Below, piece by piece: positions 48,705 to 59,092 of a stretch of DNA of 64,000 bases. Location: assembly GCA_964230645.1 (NCBI GenBank), contig CAXRHT010000003.1, positions 416,001-480,000 on the forward strand, read 5' to 3'. Position 1 is the first letter of the stretch, and each line of letters starts with the position of its first letter. Under the pieces are notes generated by a model. That model was given only the letters and a program-made list of their open reading frames with translations, was not told the origin of the DNA and searched no databases. The DNA is from Bdellovibrionales bacterium. Its GTDB lineage: Bacteria > Bdellovibrionota > Bdellovibrionia > Bdellovibrionales > JAGQZY01. The position numbers and the translations under genes are program-made.

Positions 48705-48731
48705 TATTCGGTGTTTCAGTCTGGGACTTTA
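48705..48731 (-). promoter_or_regulatory. Sigma28 (FliA) promoter of flagellin 2
   Basis: TAAA-N15-ACCGAATA on the minus strand. Confidence 0.75.
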
Positions 48732-48886
48732 AGAAATATTCTCATTTTTAGGCATTTCTGGGCTAAAGGACTGTAAAAAGGCTAATCAAATCGAAAATAA
48801 GATTTTTAGAGGTTGGTTGGTAATTAATGAAAAAGATTATTAGAAGGGATTCCAGTAAAATTGGGAGATCCCTTCTTAATATAAGG

Positions 48887-49570
48887 TTACATAGAAATGT
48901 AGGATTCTGTGGGCTGTTGATAATTACGATAGCTCTTAGTTTCTTCTAAATACTCAAGCACTCGCCGAGTTTCAGCGCCACTGGTTCTATCTTCACTTCT
49001 ATCGTCGTTGTCTGCGTCAGCAATGGGTGTCGTCGGCTCTGGACTTTCATCTTCTGAATCTGCTACAACATTAGGTTCTTCCTCCGAATCGTCGTCGCCT
49101 TGATCGTCTGCGATTTCGCCTGCGATATCAGAAAAGTGGTTTTCAGGATTCTCTTCTTCTTCCTGCCGAATCTGGGCGTCATCGGGTAGTGCATTGGAAA
49201 CCTCAGCAACCTGAAGTAAGGTCAAACCATTAAGATCAGAACAATTAAATGTGGCATTGTTGTTGATAGCTAGACCTTGGCAGTTTTGGTTACACTGCAT
49301 GAGAGTCGTTTGAACTCGACGAACATAAGTATGCACTCGGCTTCCCGGCTCGTAGTCTCCATCGGTGAGACGAAAGGTTGATAAAGGTTGATTGAGCGGG
49401 TTACGAAACTCTCCTAATATATCGTTAAACAGAAAAGCATTTGTTCTTAGCTCCATTAAGGGCGAGAGAAACTCTTTGCATTGAGCTCCATTGGTGACCT
49501 CTGCATTGGAAAAACTAGAACCAAGGCAAATAAATGCGAGGAGTATGAGTTTCAACTGAAATTTAAACAT
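48887..49570 (-). CDS. Secreted hypothetical protein with acidic linker
   Basis: GGAGG RBS, signal peptide ending SNA, four Cys in the mature part, D/E-rich tract. Confidence 0.75.
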   Translation of the reverse strand: MFKFQLKLILLAFICLGSSFSNAEVTNGAQCKEFLSPLMELRTNAFLFNDILGEFRNPLNQPLSTFRLTDGDYEPGSRVHTYVRRVQTTLMQCNQNCQGLAINNNATFNCSDLNGLTLLQVAEVSNALPDDAQIRQEEEENPENHFSDIAGEIADDQGDDDSEEEPNVVADSEDESPEPTTPIADADNDDRSEDRTSGAETRRVLEYLEETKSYRNYQQPTESYISM

Positions 49571-49875
49571 GGAAATCCTCCAAATTTCGTTACAACCTAT
49601 GAAATTGCAAAGCCCAGGCCACGTCAGACTGGATTTGTTTGTATTTGAGACAGAAATGACATTTTACGTTCGCTAAGCGTCGAATTTCTAAACAGTCATG
49701 CTAATAGTGGTGGGCCCATTCTGCTGAAATTGCCTTGGGACAAAGCTGCCAAGCAAGCTTGTCAAAGGTCTAGTTTTGTTAAATCTCCTGTTTCAAAGGC
49801 CATGCCGTCCTACAAATTTTCTTATAAGTGTGGATAATTGAAGATGGAGATATTTGAAATATTGGAGATGCCATA

Positions 49876-52128
49876 ATGAATGGAATAAAAAGATTGAGTG
49901 TAATTGTTCTTTGTTTATTCTTTGTTTCCTGTACCAATAACAAAGATAAAGCAGAGGTAAGTCAAAAGAATTCCCAAACTCGAAGTATCGCATCTACGAA
50001 ACAAGGCCGTTTGAAACTGCAATTGATTAAGAGAAAAAGGGCCAAGTTATTAGGGGAAATTAAACGAGCCACAAAAGGATTTAGAGTTCCTCAAGTTTAC
50101 TTGAATCGTTTGCCTTTAAATCGTCAGCAAGCCTATATCGAAATGTTTGTTAAAAATGCTCGTGATTTGCAAGAGATCGTTCACAAGAAAGGGAAAGTTG
50201 CCCTTAATGAAAGAAAGGTGGAAGAAGAGCTCAACCATCTCTTTTTTCCGAAGGCCTATGCTCAGTCGGAAGGTGTTGTTTGTCCGAACGCGGCTTGGGT
50301 GATCAGAATCAGAGCGAATTCCTGTAATCGATCGACATGGGGATTTGACCCAGCCCAAGAACCTGGAGTGACGGAATACATTCCTGAGCGACCGATCTGG
50401 AATGATAGTGTTCTTCGTTGCGCCAGAGTGCAAGGTGTAGTTTGTCCTGCTGCCGGGTGGGAGATTGTTGAAGGCGAAGCAAGACTAATGTGTACGACCA
50501 GTGGTTCAACCCAATCTTGTCTGAATTCTTATGGCTCCAATAGAAACCGAATTGATGACATGAGAGAAGCATGCCGTCCTAACAACCCTGACCAAACACT
50601 TTCCATTGCAAGTAACATGGATTGTAATCAGTTCAGAGAAGCGGAACAAAACTATATAAGAATGTTTGAGGACAACTGTAGAGGTGCTTCCGGTGTCGTT
50701 GAGCGAATGTGTGATAATATCGCAGGTGCCGTTGAAGCCATCCAACAAGAAGTTGTTAATGCTACAGAGCCAGATCCGGAAGATACATTACCAGACACAG
50801 AATCTTGTCGAATGATTTCTGGGCGCCATATGCAGGATGCCGTAGAAGGTGAGGGAATGTCAGAGCATTGGTCTGCACTAATGCACATAAGCCGCAATGC
50901 CTGCGGACATAGAGAGGGACCAGATGCGTTGGCTCAGAACCGTTACGGAACTTGTTCGCAAGCTTTCCCGAGTCCTCGTGGAAACTATGATATAAACAAT
51001 TTGACGACAGACTTTGATACCAACAACCCAACCGCGATCATGAACTTTGTTCAGCAGTTCGGGTACACGCCAAGTCAATATGAAGCTCTACTTTGTAGAA
51101 ATCAAAATGGCCATGTTGATAGTCCGGGTGAGTTTAGAGCTCGTCTAGATAACCGATTGGATCAATATGCCACTCAATCAAAACTTGAGCTTATCCGTCG
51201 AATTTCAAGAATGAGCGATTTCAATGGTGTTAATCTTCATACTTACTTTTCGGGGCAAAATCGATCCAAATACCGTCCCATGGCCGAGTGGTTTGGGGAC
51301 CTTTATGGCAGAGTGTCTCGACGTATCCAAACAGATGGAGATGATCCTGCGACTCTAGAAAGAGAAATTAATAACAATTCAACAATGGTTCAAGACGCTC
51401 GAGATTTTATTTCGGGTTTAAGATCTCAAATTGCTGGTAACACTCCCATTGGAAATTTTGATCGCTTGCTAAGTGCATTTATGAACAATCAAGGGGATCG
51501 CTATTCGGGTTCCACAGCCAATCGATTTCGCTATGCCGTTTTATTGCAAATGAGAGATATGATGGTTCCAACCGATCTAAACAATCAGGTAGAGGCTGCG
51601 GAAAACTGGTTTGCTAGCTGTAAAAATGAGATCGGTACAGAAAATGATCCAGGATATAGTGAAGCTACTGGCGAGCGTCGTGTGACTCTTGATTCCAACG
51701 CTAGATGTGAATACCGAAGAGTGGAAGATCCAGAGTCTTTTGGTTATTTCCACAACGGTGACGACCCTTATATCATTATGAGTAATTCCAATAATCAGTG
51801 TTTGCAGGCTGTTACTGTGCAAAGAAATGCAAGTGGCGACTGTACAGGAACAACTCCGGGGTATGGGATAGAACAGCAAACTCAAACGGACCCTCGTTCT
51901 GGTCAGACGGACACAGGTTATATGGTGACTGTTCAACCTCCAGGGCGGACCGACTGCTCGACATCTAATACTTTAGATCTTACCAGTCGTGCGAATTTTC
52001 CTGCGGGAGGAAACCGAGGCTTTTCGATTTTCCAATATGATTGTGGTCTTGAGTGGAATGCTCAAAACAGAGAAGATGAGGAAGACACCCGTCAGCCAAC
52101 GGAGCCTGCAGGTGGCATCTCGATTTAA
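49876..52128 (+). CDS. Large Cys-rich secreted lipoprotein, paralogous to 715..2136 in its N-terminal half
   Basis: Lipobox FVSC, RSIAS motif, internal FPKAYAQ, conserved Cys pattern. Confidence 0.8.
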   Translation: MNGIKRLSVIVLCLFFVSCTNNKDKAEVSQKNSQTRSIASTKQGRLKLQLIKRKRAKLLGEIKRATKGFRVPQVYLNRLPLNRQQAYIEMFVKNARDLQEIVHKKGKVALNERKVEEELNHLFFPKAYAQSEGVVCPNAAWVIRIRANSCNRSTWGFDPAQEPGVTEYIPERPIWNDSVLRCARVQGVVCPAAGWEIVEGEARLMCTTSGSTQSCLNSYGSNRNRIDDMREACRPNNPDQTLSIASNMDCNQFREAEQNYIRMFEDNCRGASGVVERMCDNIAGAVEAIQQEVVNATEPDPEDTLPDTESCRMISGRHMQDAVEGEGMSEHWSALMHISRNACGHREGPDALAQNRYGTCSQAFPSPRGNYDINNLTTDFDTNNPTAIMNFVQQFGYTPSQYEALLCRNQNGHVDSPGEFRARLDNRLDQYATQSKLELIRRISRMSDFNGVNLHTYFSGQNRSKYRPMAEWFGDLYGRVSRRIQTDGDDPATLEREINNNSTMVQDARDFISGLRSQIAGNTPIGNFDRLLSAFMNNQGDRYSGSTANRFRYAVLLQMRDMMVPTDLNNQVEAAENWFASCKNEIGTENDPGYSEATGERRVTLDSNARCEYRRVEDPESFGYFHNGDDPYIIMSNSNNQCLQAVTVQRNASGDCTGTTPGYGIEQQTQTDPRSGQTDTGYMVTVQPPGRTDCSTSNTLDLTSRANFPAGGNRGFSIFQYDCGLEWNAQNREDEEDTRQPTEPAGGISI

Positions 52129-53804
52129 AGGCCGTTTTCGTTGAGATAGTCGGAGTTTTGTTGAAGATTCATATAAATCTCCGTCTTCTCAGGGAAGTAA
52201 GAAGCCTTCATAAAGACGGCTTTTCTTTGAGCCGCATTATTTAAATTTCTTTGAAGGGCCGAGTTCAAGGCCCTTTCGTTTGCCTTCTCCTGATTTTTAG
52301 CGATTTGTTTTTTAAGTCTAGGACTAATTCTTCGCTCAATTTCCTGGGGAGCGTTGTTCGCACCCCCCTTAGCACCATCAGCACTAAGAAAGCGATTGGT
52401 TCCAAGACCGTCGGCAATGGCTTTTAAGCGTTGATTCACTCGTACGCCACCACGGTTGCCACCTTTTGCCGGAGCACCACCGCCGCCGCCTCCACCTGAG
52501 CCAACACCACCGCCACCACCTGAGGCGCCACCTCCAGCGCCACCAGCAGGTCTTCCACCTTGCTTAGCTGTACCTCCGGGTCTTCCCGGGGGCGAACCTA
52601 CTGGCATACCCGCTAAGGGTAAATTCGGGTTTAGCCTTGGAGCTGAAACACCTCGCCCATCAGATACGGAATCAAAGCTAGCGGAACTTACTGATTGTCC
52701 CTCCATACTTACATCCGGAGCTTCAATACTTCCACTAGGATTACCTCTTTGGAAATTCTGCATTTGCCCCGAGCCAAACATCTGTTGGGCTAATCGGTCG
52801 GCTGTATCTTCGAGGTCTTCCTGAGTTTGAGTGGCATCCGTATCTTCGTTTCCGTTACCATCGGAATTGGGATCACCGTTGCCTCCGGTAGGTGGAACAG
52901 AGGCTGTCGAAACATCGTCTTCATCACCTGGAGGGTCAGTTGCTGGATCAGTCTCCCCAGTGGGGCTAACAGGTGTTTCCGGAGAATCGGGAGAGGCGTC
53001 TGGGGTATGGGTTGCGACACCGTCCCTGCATATATCTGCAGGAGTCTCATTCAGGCCAGGTGTGTTACATGCAGGATCATTCTCGTCGGCTGCACAGGCT
53101 CTAGCCGCCTGTGCAAGGTCACCGAAAACTCCTTGAGTTCTATTAGGGTCGTTTTGTAGAGTGTAACAACTATCTTCATGCCCCTCGGCACATGCCTTTG
53201 CACAGACAAGAGCGTTTGCCTCGCACCCACCACAGGCAATCGCGTTTGGAGTGGTAGAGCCCTCCGAAGAAGGCTGCTGATAAACCGGATCAATTTCGGC
53301 CAGGTCGCTGACTTTTAGACAAAGATTAGCGAACTCTTCGACATCTCTCTCAGGACTTGATGGGTCTTGTTGCCAGCTTTGAACATCACTATCTCTTTGC
53401 CAATTGGCTCTAATTGTATCAGCCCAATTTTTAATGAGTATAAGCTGATCATAGTCATGTGTTTCATTGGTAACTCGAGAGGTATAGTGACCAAGTTCAA
53501 GATTGTGAATGATAGTCCGGATGTTTCGCCTGTTCTCCGCAATATTATCTTTAGCTAAAATATCACGATGACTTAATTCCACATAACGCTCGGCGAGTTC
53601 AGGAAGACATGAATTAATATAGTTAATAATATCTCGTCGGTTGTAAATTGAATGATTGGTATGGATTGTTTGTAAAGTGAATTTTTCAGAGACTTGCTCC
53701 TCACAACCAGCATAGACATAACTAGGTGAGAGTAAAAAGAGGAGAACAAGACCGAGAGAGACAACCTGAATGTGGTGGCTCAAACATTTCATTCTTTCCT
53801 TCAT
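52125..53804 (-). CDS. Secreted protein: Cys-rich N-domain, Pro/Asp linker, Gly-rich region, basic C-terminus
   Basis: Signal peptide ending VYA; compositional segments; long ORF with RBS. Confidence 0.78.
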   Translation of the reverse strand: MKERMKCLSHHIQVVSLGLVLLFLLSPSYVYAGCEEQVSEKFTLQTIHTNHSIYNRRDIINYINSCLPELAERYVELSHRDILAKDNIAENRRNIRTIIHNLELGHYTSRVTNETHDYDQLILIKNWADTIRANWQRDSDVQSWQQDPSSPERDVEEFANLCLKVSDLAEIDPVYQQPSSEGSTTPNAIACGGCEANALVCAKACAEGHEDSCYTLQNDPNRTQGVFGDLAQAARACAADENDPACNTPGLNETPADICRDGVATHTPDASPDSPETPVSPTGETDPATDPPGDEDDVSTASVPPTGGNGDPNSDGNGNEDTDATQTQEDLEDTADRLAQQMFGSGQMQNFQRGNPSGSIEAPDVSMEGQSVSSASFDSVSDGRGVSAPRLNPNLPLAGMPVGSPPGRPGGTAKQGGRPAGGAGGGASGGGGGVGSGGGGGGGAPAKGGNRGGVRVNQRLKAIADGLGTNRFLSADGAKGGANNAPQEIERRISPRLKKQIAKNQEKANERALNSALQRNLNNAAQRKAVFMKASYFPEKTEIYMNLQQNSDYLNENGL

Positions 53805-54012
53805 TTTTCCCCCTGAAGTTTATAGTCTCATTTTATCACACAAGCTTGTTGTCCCAGTGGAAAAGCTTTGCGTGGTCTCATAATGAGACATCAAGAGATA
53901 AAAAATCTCTTTCCATAGGTATCTATCGGAAATATTTTAGGATTGTTGAGGATGGAGCACTACAGTCCGGTGGGTTTTCCTCTGCTGGCGTGACATGTGG
54001 TTTTGAACGAAA

Positions 54013-54101
54013 TGTCGTCTTGAGCCAAAGGTCGTCTTGAGCGAAGCGAAAGACCTAAGATCCTTCGCTGCGCTCAGGATGACCATATGTTCAGGATGAT
54101 C
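54013..54101. repeat. REP-like palindrome (copy 5, inverted relative to copy 3)
   Basis: GGTCGTCTTGAGCGAAGCGAAAGACCT-A-AGATCCTTCGCTGCGCTCAGGATGACC 54030-54084 with partial duplicated arms on both sides. Confidence 0.9.
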
Positions 54102-54140
54102 TTGGGCAATGGAGGGAGTTTTGTCTCGCTTAAAAGTTGG

Positions 54141-54635
54141 TTAGTGAGATTTCTTTTTGAAGACACAAAAAGAGAACTTTTGAGGCTCAAAATGATCCTC
54201 TTTTTCAAACAAGACAAAGTCCTTTTCATAGTCAGGAAATTTAGCGTCCCCTTCGTACTCTTGATCGATAAGAGTAAGGTAGAGTCTGTCGGCCTTAGTG
54301 AGAGTTTGTTTATAAATCTCGCCACCACCGATAATAAAGACTTCATCACTCCATTTTGGGGTTTGGCTCTTACAGAATTCAAGGGCTTTATCTATGTCAT
54401 TAAAAACGTGAACCCCTTCAGGGACCTCGTAGTTTTCCTGCCTTGTCACAACCACATGAAGGCGGTTTTTTAAAGGCTTTGGGAAAGAATCAAAAGTCTT
54501 TCTTCCCATTAAAATAATATGACCCGAAGTTTTCTCGCGAAAATACTTCATGTCTTTGGGGATATCCCAGGGGAGATCGCCATCAACACCGATGACTTTA
54601 TTTTTTGCAATAGCTGCGATTTGAGAAAGGATCAA
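54141..54635 (-). CDS. folA: Dihydrofolate reductase
   Basis: VIG..LPW.IPKD, MGRKTF, PLKNR, IGGGEIY, GDAKFP. Confidence 0.96.
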   Translation of the reverse strand: MILSQIAAIAKNKVIGVDGDLPWDIPKDMKYFREKTSGHIILMGRKTFDSFPKPLKNRLHVVVTRQENYEVPEGVHVFNDIDKALEFCKSQTPKWSDEVFIIGGGEIYKQTLTKADRLYLTLIDQEYEGDAKFPDYEKDFVLFEKEDHFEPQKFSFCVFKKKSH

Positions 54636-55423
54636 ACCGAAACCTCAGCTTTAATGCGAGGGTGTGGATCGTACTCTTCTAATTTAAAGTCTTCGTATTT
54701 AAAATCAAAGATGCTTTTTACATCAGGATTGATTTTCATAATAGGAGGAGTTTTTGGTTCTCTTGAGAGCTGCAACTTAATTTGATCGATATGGTTATTA
54801 TAAATGTGAGCATCCCCGAGGGTGTGAATAAATTCGTGGGCTTTGAGACCACAAACTTGCGCGATCATCATAGTAAGTAGTGCGTAGCTTGCGATATTAA
54901 AAGGAACTCCCAAAAAGATGTCGGCACTTCTTTGATAAAGTTGGCAGGAGAGTTTGCCGTCATTCACATAAAATTGAAAGAAGGCATGACAAGGAGGAAG
55001 AGCCATCTTCTCTACATCTCCAGGATTGTAGGCCACAACAAGGTGACGTCTGGAGTGGGGATTGGTTCTGATTTGCTCCACCACCTGGCTAATTTGATCC
55101 AAAGTTTTACCGTCCGCGGTTTTCCAAGATCTCCACTGCACGCCGTAAACGGGACCGAGATCCCCTTTTTCATCGGCCCACTCATCCCAAATACGCACTT
55201 TATTTTCTTTGAGGTACTGAATGTTAGAGTCGCCGGAGAGAAACCAAAGAAGCTCGTGAATGATCGACTTTAAATGAACCTTTTTTGTCGTCAGTAAAGG
55301 AAAGCGGTCTAAGCTGTAGCGCGCCTGGTATCCAAAAAGGCTAATAGTTCCCGTTCCCGTGCGGTCGGCTTTCGGGCTTCCGTTCTCAAGGACGTGCTTG
55401 GCCATATCAAGATAGGTTTTCAT
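54632..55423 (-). CDS. thyA: Thymidylate synthase
   Basis: [39 protein letters not shown]. Confidence 0.98.
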   Translation of the reverse strand: MKTYLDMAKHVLENGSPKADRTGTGTISLFGYQARYSLDRFPLLTTKKVHLKSIIHELLWFLSGDSNIQYLKENKVRIWDEWADEKGDLGPVYGVQWRSWKTADGKTLDQISQVVEQIRTNPHSRRHLVVAYNPGDVEKMALPPCHAFFQFYVNDGKLSCQLYQRSADIFLGVPFNIASYALLTMMIAQVCGLKAHEFIHTLGDAHIYNNHIDQIKLQLSREPKTPPIMKINPDVKSIFDFKYEDFKLEEYDPHPRIKAEVSV

Positions 55424-55693
55424 TAGAGGCTCCTTTGAGGCTGCTCACTCTTTCAAATTGAGGAAATTTGGAATCTTTAATCCAAAGATGACTCCCAATT
55501 AATACCACCGCCTCCGGGCCTTTCACAATACGGCTTTCACGGCTTGCTTTCTAGGCAAAGATAAAAGCCTAGTAAAATTGAGAGGTTAAATTATTTGCCA
55601 GCTTCTTAAAAAAGCTTATTGCCAAGGGGTGACATTTAGAACTTAGGGAAATATATAGAGGAGGACTAATATTTAAGCAAAAGGGGAGAGCTT

Positions 55694-57007
55694 TTGGAGA
55701 TTCGTGACCCCATTCATGGAACCCTCGCTATTTCAAAAAATGAAACCAAAGTCCTTGATTCGCCGGCCTTTCAGCGCCTGCGTATGATCAAGCAGTTGGG
55801 CTTTTCGGAATTTAGCTTTCCAGGAGCCACACACTCTCGCTACATACACTCCCTTGGGGTGTCCTATTTAGCCGGCATTGCCTTTGATTTTATTTTTCAA
55901 GATTTCCAGTTTAGTTCAGAAGAGAAAAAGAAAAACTTTCGTCAGATTTTAAGACTTGCGGCCCTTCTTCACGACATCGGTCATGGGCCGTTGAGCCACA
56001 CCACTGAAGAGGTCATGCCCCAGCTTAAAGAGTTGGATGTTAAAGCCTACCAGTTTAAAAAAACGGATACTTCCCAAAAGCCTTTAGAAATCCCTGACAG
56101 AAAAGCCAATCATGAGGACTACTCGATCAAGCTAATTACAGATTCTCATTTAACCGAGATACTAAGAGAGGCCTTTCACGATTTTGATCCTTACCATATT
56201 GCTTGCCTGGTTGATAAAGGCCTTGCTGCCAAAGATGATTTTTTTATGGAGCAGGGATTAAACTTCCGTGTGATTCTTTCACAAATTGTGAGCTCAGAAG
56301 TGGATGTGGACCGTATGGATTACCTCGTGCGTGACGCTTATTTCTGTGGAACCAGTTACGGTAAGGTGGAACTCAATTGGCTCCTGGGAAATTTTAAATA
56401 TCATATCCATAACGACCAAGTGCACTTAGCTCTTGATCGAAGGGCTATTTACACCTTTGATGATTTTCTTTTGTCACGCCATCATATGTATTTGATGGTT
56501 TATTTCCATCATAAAAGTATTATTTATGAAGAGATGCTCTATCGTTACCTGACCTCAGAGGATTGTGAGTACAAGCTCCCCTCAGAGATTGAAAACTATA
56601 TGACGTGTACAGACTTTTCCTTGTATCAAAGTATGGCTAATTCGGAGAATCCTTGGGCCAAAAGAATAAGTGAAAGACGGTCATTTAAAGTACTGTTTGA
56701 AAGTCATGACTCTAAACAATCTCTACGGACCGAAAAAATTAAGGGAATTTTAAAAGAGGCAGGGATTGAAACAATCACTGCGAGCTCAAAATCAAGACTG
56801 TCTAAATACCATGGGCTTTCCCCCCAAGAAGATTCCTTAAATATATTTGTGGTCGATCCTTATGACCCCCATGGATCACCTGTAGGGATTGATGAATGCA
56901 CTGAGATTTTTCAAAAGTACGAGGGCACCAGAATTATTGAGCGTGTTTACGTTTCCCCCGAAAACATAGAAATGGCTCGCGCCCTTCTTAAGAAGTTGAA
57001 GTTTTAA
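55694..57007 (+). CDS. HD-domain phosphohydrolase (dNTP triphosphohydrolase-like)
   Basis: RDPIHG, FQRLR.IKQLG, HSRYIHSLG, LLHDIGHGPLSH, DVDRMDYL.RD, VYFH. Confidence 0.92.
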   Translation: MEIRDPIHGTLAISKNETKVLDSPAFQRLRMIKQLGFSEFSFPGATHSRYIHSLGVSYLAGIAFDFIFQDFQFSSEEKKKNFRQILRLAALLHDIGHGPLSHTTEEVMPQLKELDVKAYQFKKTDTSQKPLEIPDRKANHEDYSIKLITDSHLTEILREAFHDFDPYHIACLVDKGLAAKDDFFMEQGLNFRVILSQIVSSEVDVDRMDYLVRDAYFCGTSYGKVELNWLLGNFKYHIHNDQVHLALDRRAIYTFDDFLLSRHHMYLMVYFHHKSIIYEEMLYRYLTSEDCEYKLPSEIENYMTCTDFSLYQSMANSENPWAKRISERRSFKVLFESHDSKQSLRTEKIKGILKEAGIETITASSKSRLSKYHGLSPQEDSLNIFVVDPYDPHGSPVGIDECTEIFQKYEGTRIIERVYVSPENIEMARALLKKLKF

Positions 57008-57022
57008 GGCTGCGAGATAAAG

Positions 57023-57436
57023 TCAGGGGACTTCGAGCCAGAGTCCCTCACTTTCAAACTCGGCATCGGCAAATTCGATCACACATTTAAGATAACCCTC
57101 AGAATCTGGTTGAAAGAAGTCAAAAGGAACGCTCGCTTGCTTTGAGGGAAAGCTTTTTGTTTCAATACGCTCACCCTCAAATTCTATGAAAACAGGAATA
57201 TCATCATTATGTTCAATTAAAAGTGTGTTGAGGCGGCAACGAACCTTCGTTCCTCTTTTGTTGGAATTAATTTTCTCTATAAAGACAGCTTCCTCGTACT
57301 CAGGCTCTGGCTTTTTGGGGGTAACAGGCTCTTCGTTGATGGATTCAGAGAGCACACCACAAGCAGACAGACTGACTAAAAAGAAAGAGCCAAGCCAAAC
57401 TTTGGATAAAAAACGAATCAATTTATTCACAAACAC
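57023..57436 (-). CDS. Hypothetical lipoprotein
   Basis: Lipobox LSAC. Confidence 0.65.
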   Translation of the reverse strand: MFVNKLIRFLSKVWLGSFFLVSLSACGVLSESINEEPVTPKKPEPEYEEAVFIEKINSNKRGTKVRCRLNTLLIEHNDDIPVFIEFEGERIETKSFPSKQASVPFDFFQPDSEGYLKCVIEFADAEFESEGLWLEVP

Positions 57437-57670
57437 GCATACCCCGTAGCTATCCTTATCGGACGAATGTCTGTATTCTTTTGCGCTAATTTGAGAAAGT
57501 AAACATTTTTTATGCTCTCTTTAAAAATAGGATTTTTCTAGGATCGGAGGTGGTGATGGGGGAGCTTTGGGACTCCAGAAGGGGGTGACACAGATACGGT
57601 CTAATGTGAGGCGCTTTTTGTCCTAAATTGATAAAGTGCTAAAGATTTTTCCGAAAATGAAAAAAAACAC

Positions 57671-57697
57671 TAAAGTTCTATTCGAAAACCCCGATCA
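57671..57697 (+). promoter_or_regulatory. Sigma28 promoter of flagellin 3
   Basis: TAAA-N15-CCCGATCA. Confidence 0.75.
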
Positions 57698-57839
57698 AAG
57701 TCTTGAAGGATCGATCGATCATCTAAAGAAAACTCTCCCCTTCGAAAACAAACATAAATCAACAGCTTTATAGACACATGGAAGTGTAGCTCACGTCATC
57801 TGAACTAATGGAAGAGTAGGCTGTAAGTAGGAGGTTATA

Positions 57840-58667
57840 ATGAGTCTGCGTATCAACACTAATCTGGCGTCTATAAACGCTCAAAGGCAATTGGCGAACC
57901 AAGAATCCAGAAAAGTAGAATCCATGAAATCACTAGCATCGGGAAGTCGAATCAATTCGGCAGCCGACGATGCAGCTGGGCTAGCCATTTCAGAAAATCT
58001 GAAGGCACACAATCGAGGAAACCGTGTAGCGAAGCGAAATGCTGAGGATGCGACTTCCCTCATTCAAGTGGCCGAAGGTGGCTTGAACGAAATTAATAAC
58101 ATTATGATTCGATTAAGAGAGCTTGGTGTCCAGAGTGCGAGTGACACTCTCGGGGATCAAGAGCGAGAATTCCTTAATCAAGAGGCGGAACAACTATTAG
58201 AAGAGGTGGACCGAATTTCAGCAAGTACCAAGTTCGGAGATAAAAACCTCCTTGATGGGACCGGGAACGATCTTGAGTTTCAGATTGGTGTGGATGGATC
58301 GGAGAATTCGATCATGCGTTTCAGCTCCGATGCGGATGCAACCACCGGTGGCTTAGGAGTGTCAGGGCTAGATCTATCGGATAAGGGAAGTGCCAGAGAT
58401 GCACTCTCTACCTTGGATGAAGCACTAAATACTGTGGGTGCGATGCGCTCAAAGTTTGGTGCCGTTCAAAACAGACTAGACTCAACAATTGCCAATCTCG
58501 ACACCTCCTACGAGAACTTATCCGCTGCGAATTCAAGGATTCGCGATGCTGACATCGCTGAGGAGTCTGCGGAGTTTACTTCTTCCCAGATTCTTCAACA
58601 GGCATCGGTTTCAATGCTTGCGCAAGCGAACCAATCCCAGGCCAATGCTCTTAGCCTGCTTGGATAA
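57840..58667 (+). CDS. fliC: Flagellin (paralogue 3)
   Basis: Conserved flagellin N- and C-terminal motifs, GGAGG RBS. Confidence 0.97.
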   Translation: MSLRINTNLASINAQRQLANQESRKVESMKSLASGSRINSAADDAAGLAISENLKAHNRGNRVAKRNAEDATSLIQVAEGGLNEINNIMIRLRELGVQSASDTLGDQEREFLNQEAEQLLEEVDRISASTKFGDKNLLDGTGNDLEFQIGVDGSENSIMRFSSDADATTGGLGVSGLDLSDKGSARDALSTLDEALNTVGAMRSKFGAVQNRLDSTIANLDTSYENLSAANSRIRDADIAEESAEFTSSQILQQASVSMLAQANQSQANALSLLG

Positions 58668-58680
58668 CACTTAAAAAGTC

Positions 58681-58718
58681 AGGTCGGTGCCTTTAAAACA
58701 CCGACCTTTTTTATTTTT
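58681..58718 (+). terminator. Rho-independent terminator
   Basis: AGGTCGGTG..CACCGACCT followed by a T-run. Confidence 0.8.
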
Positions 58719-59092
58719 ACTAAACCAAAAGCACAAATATACGGCTTTTAAAGTTCCTTTTTTTGTTGATCTTTTTGACATCTGTTTTTTCGACAATTTT
58801 TTCCAAATTTTTTTAAGTTATTTAAATCTCTAATAAATACACCCAATACGTTTCAGTTCGTTACAATACTGAGGTCTAGTTTTCAGGACTTTCTGCGTGC
58901 CAGACTTTAGTGATTCCTCGACCCGCCGAAAGGGTAGTTGTTAGCGCCGGGGGAATTAGGTCATCTAACACTTCATAAGATTATCAATCCCTCGACATTA
59001 ACAAAAACACAAGAGACCAACAGTTGGTTTCAGCAATCAAATCACATTTGTGGTTTGTAGATTTAGCAACCTTGAACGCATAGGAGGAAGAA

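Noticed and set aside
52456..53159. Pro-rich and Ser-rich plus-strand ORFs
   Set aside because: Antisense shadows of the Gly- and Pro-rich tracts of 52125..53804; the same applies to 41307..41528.
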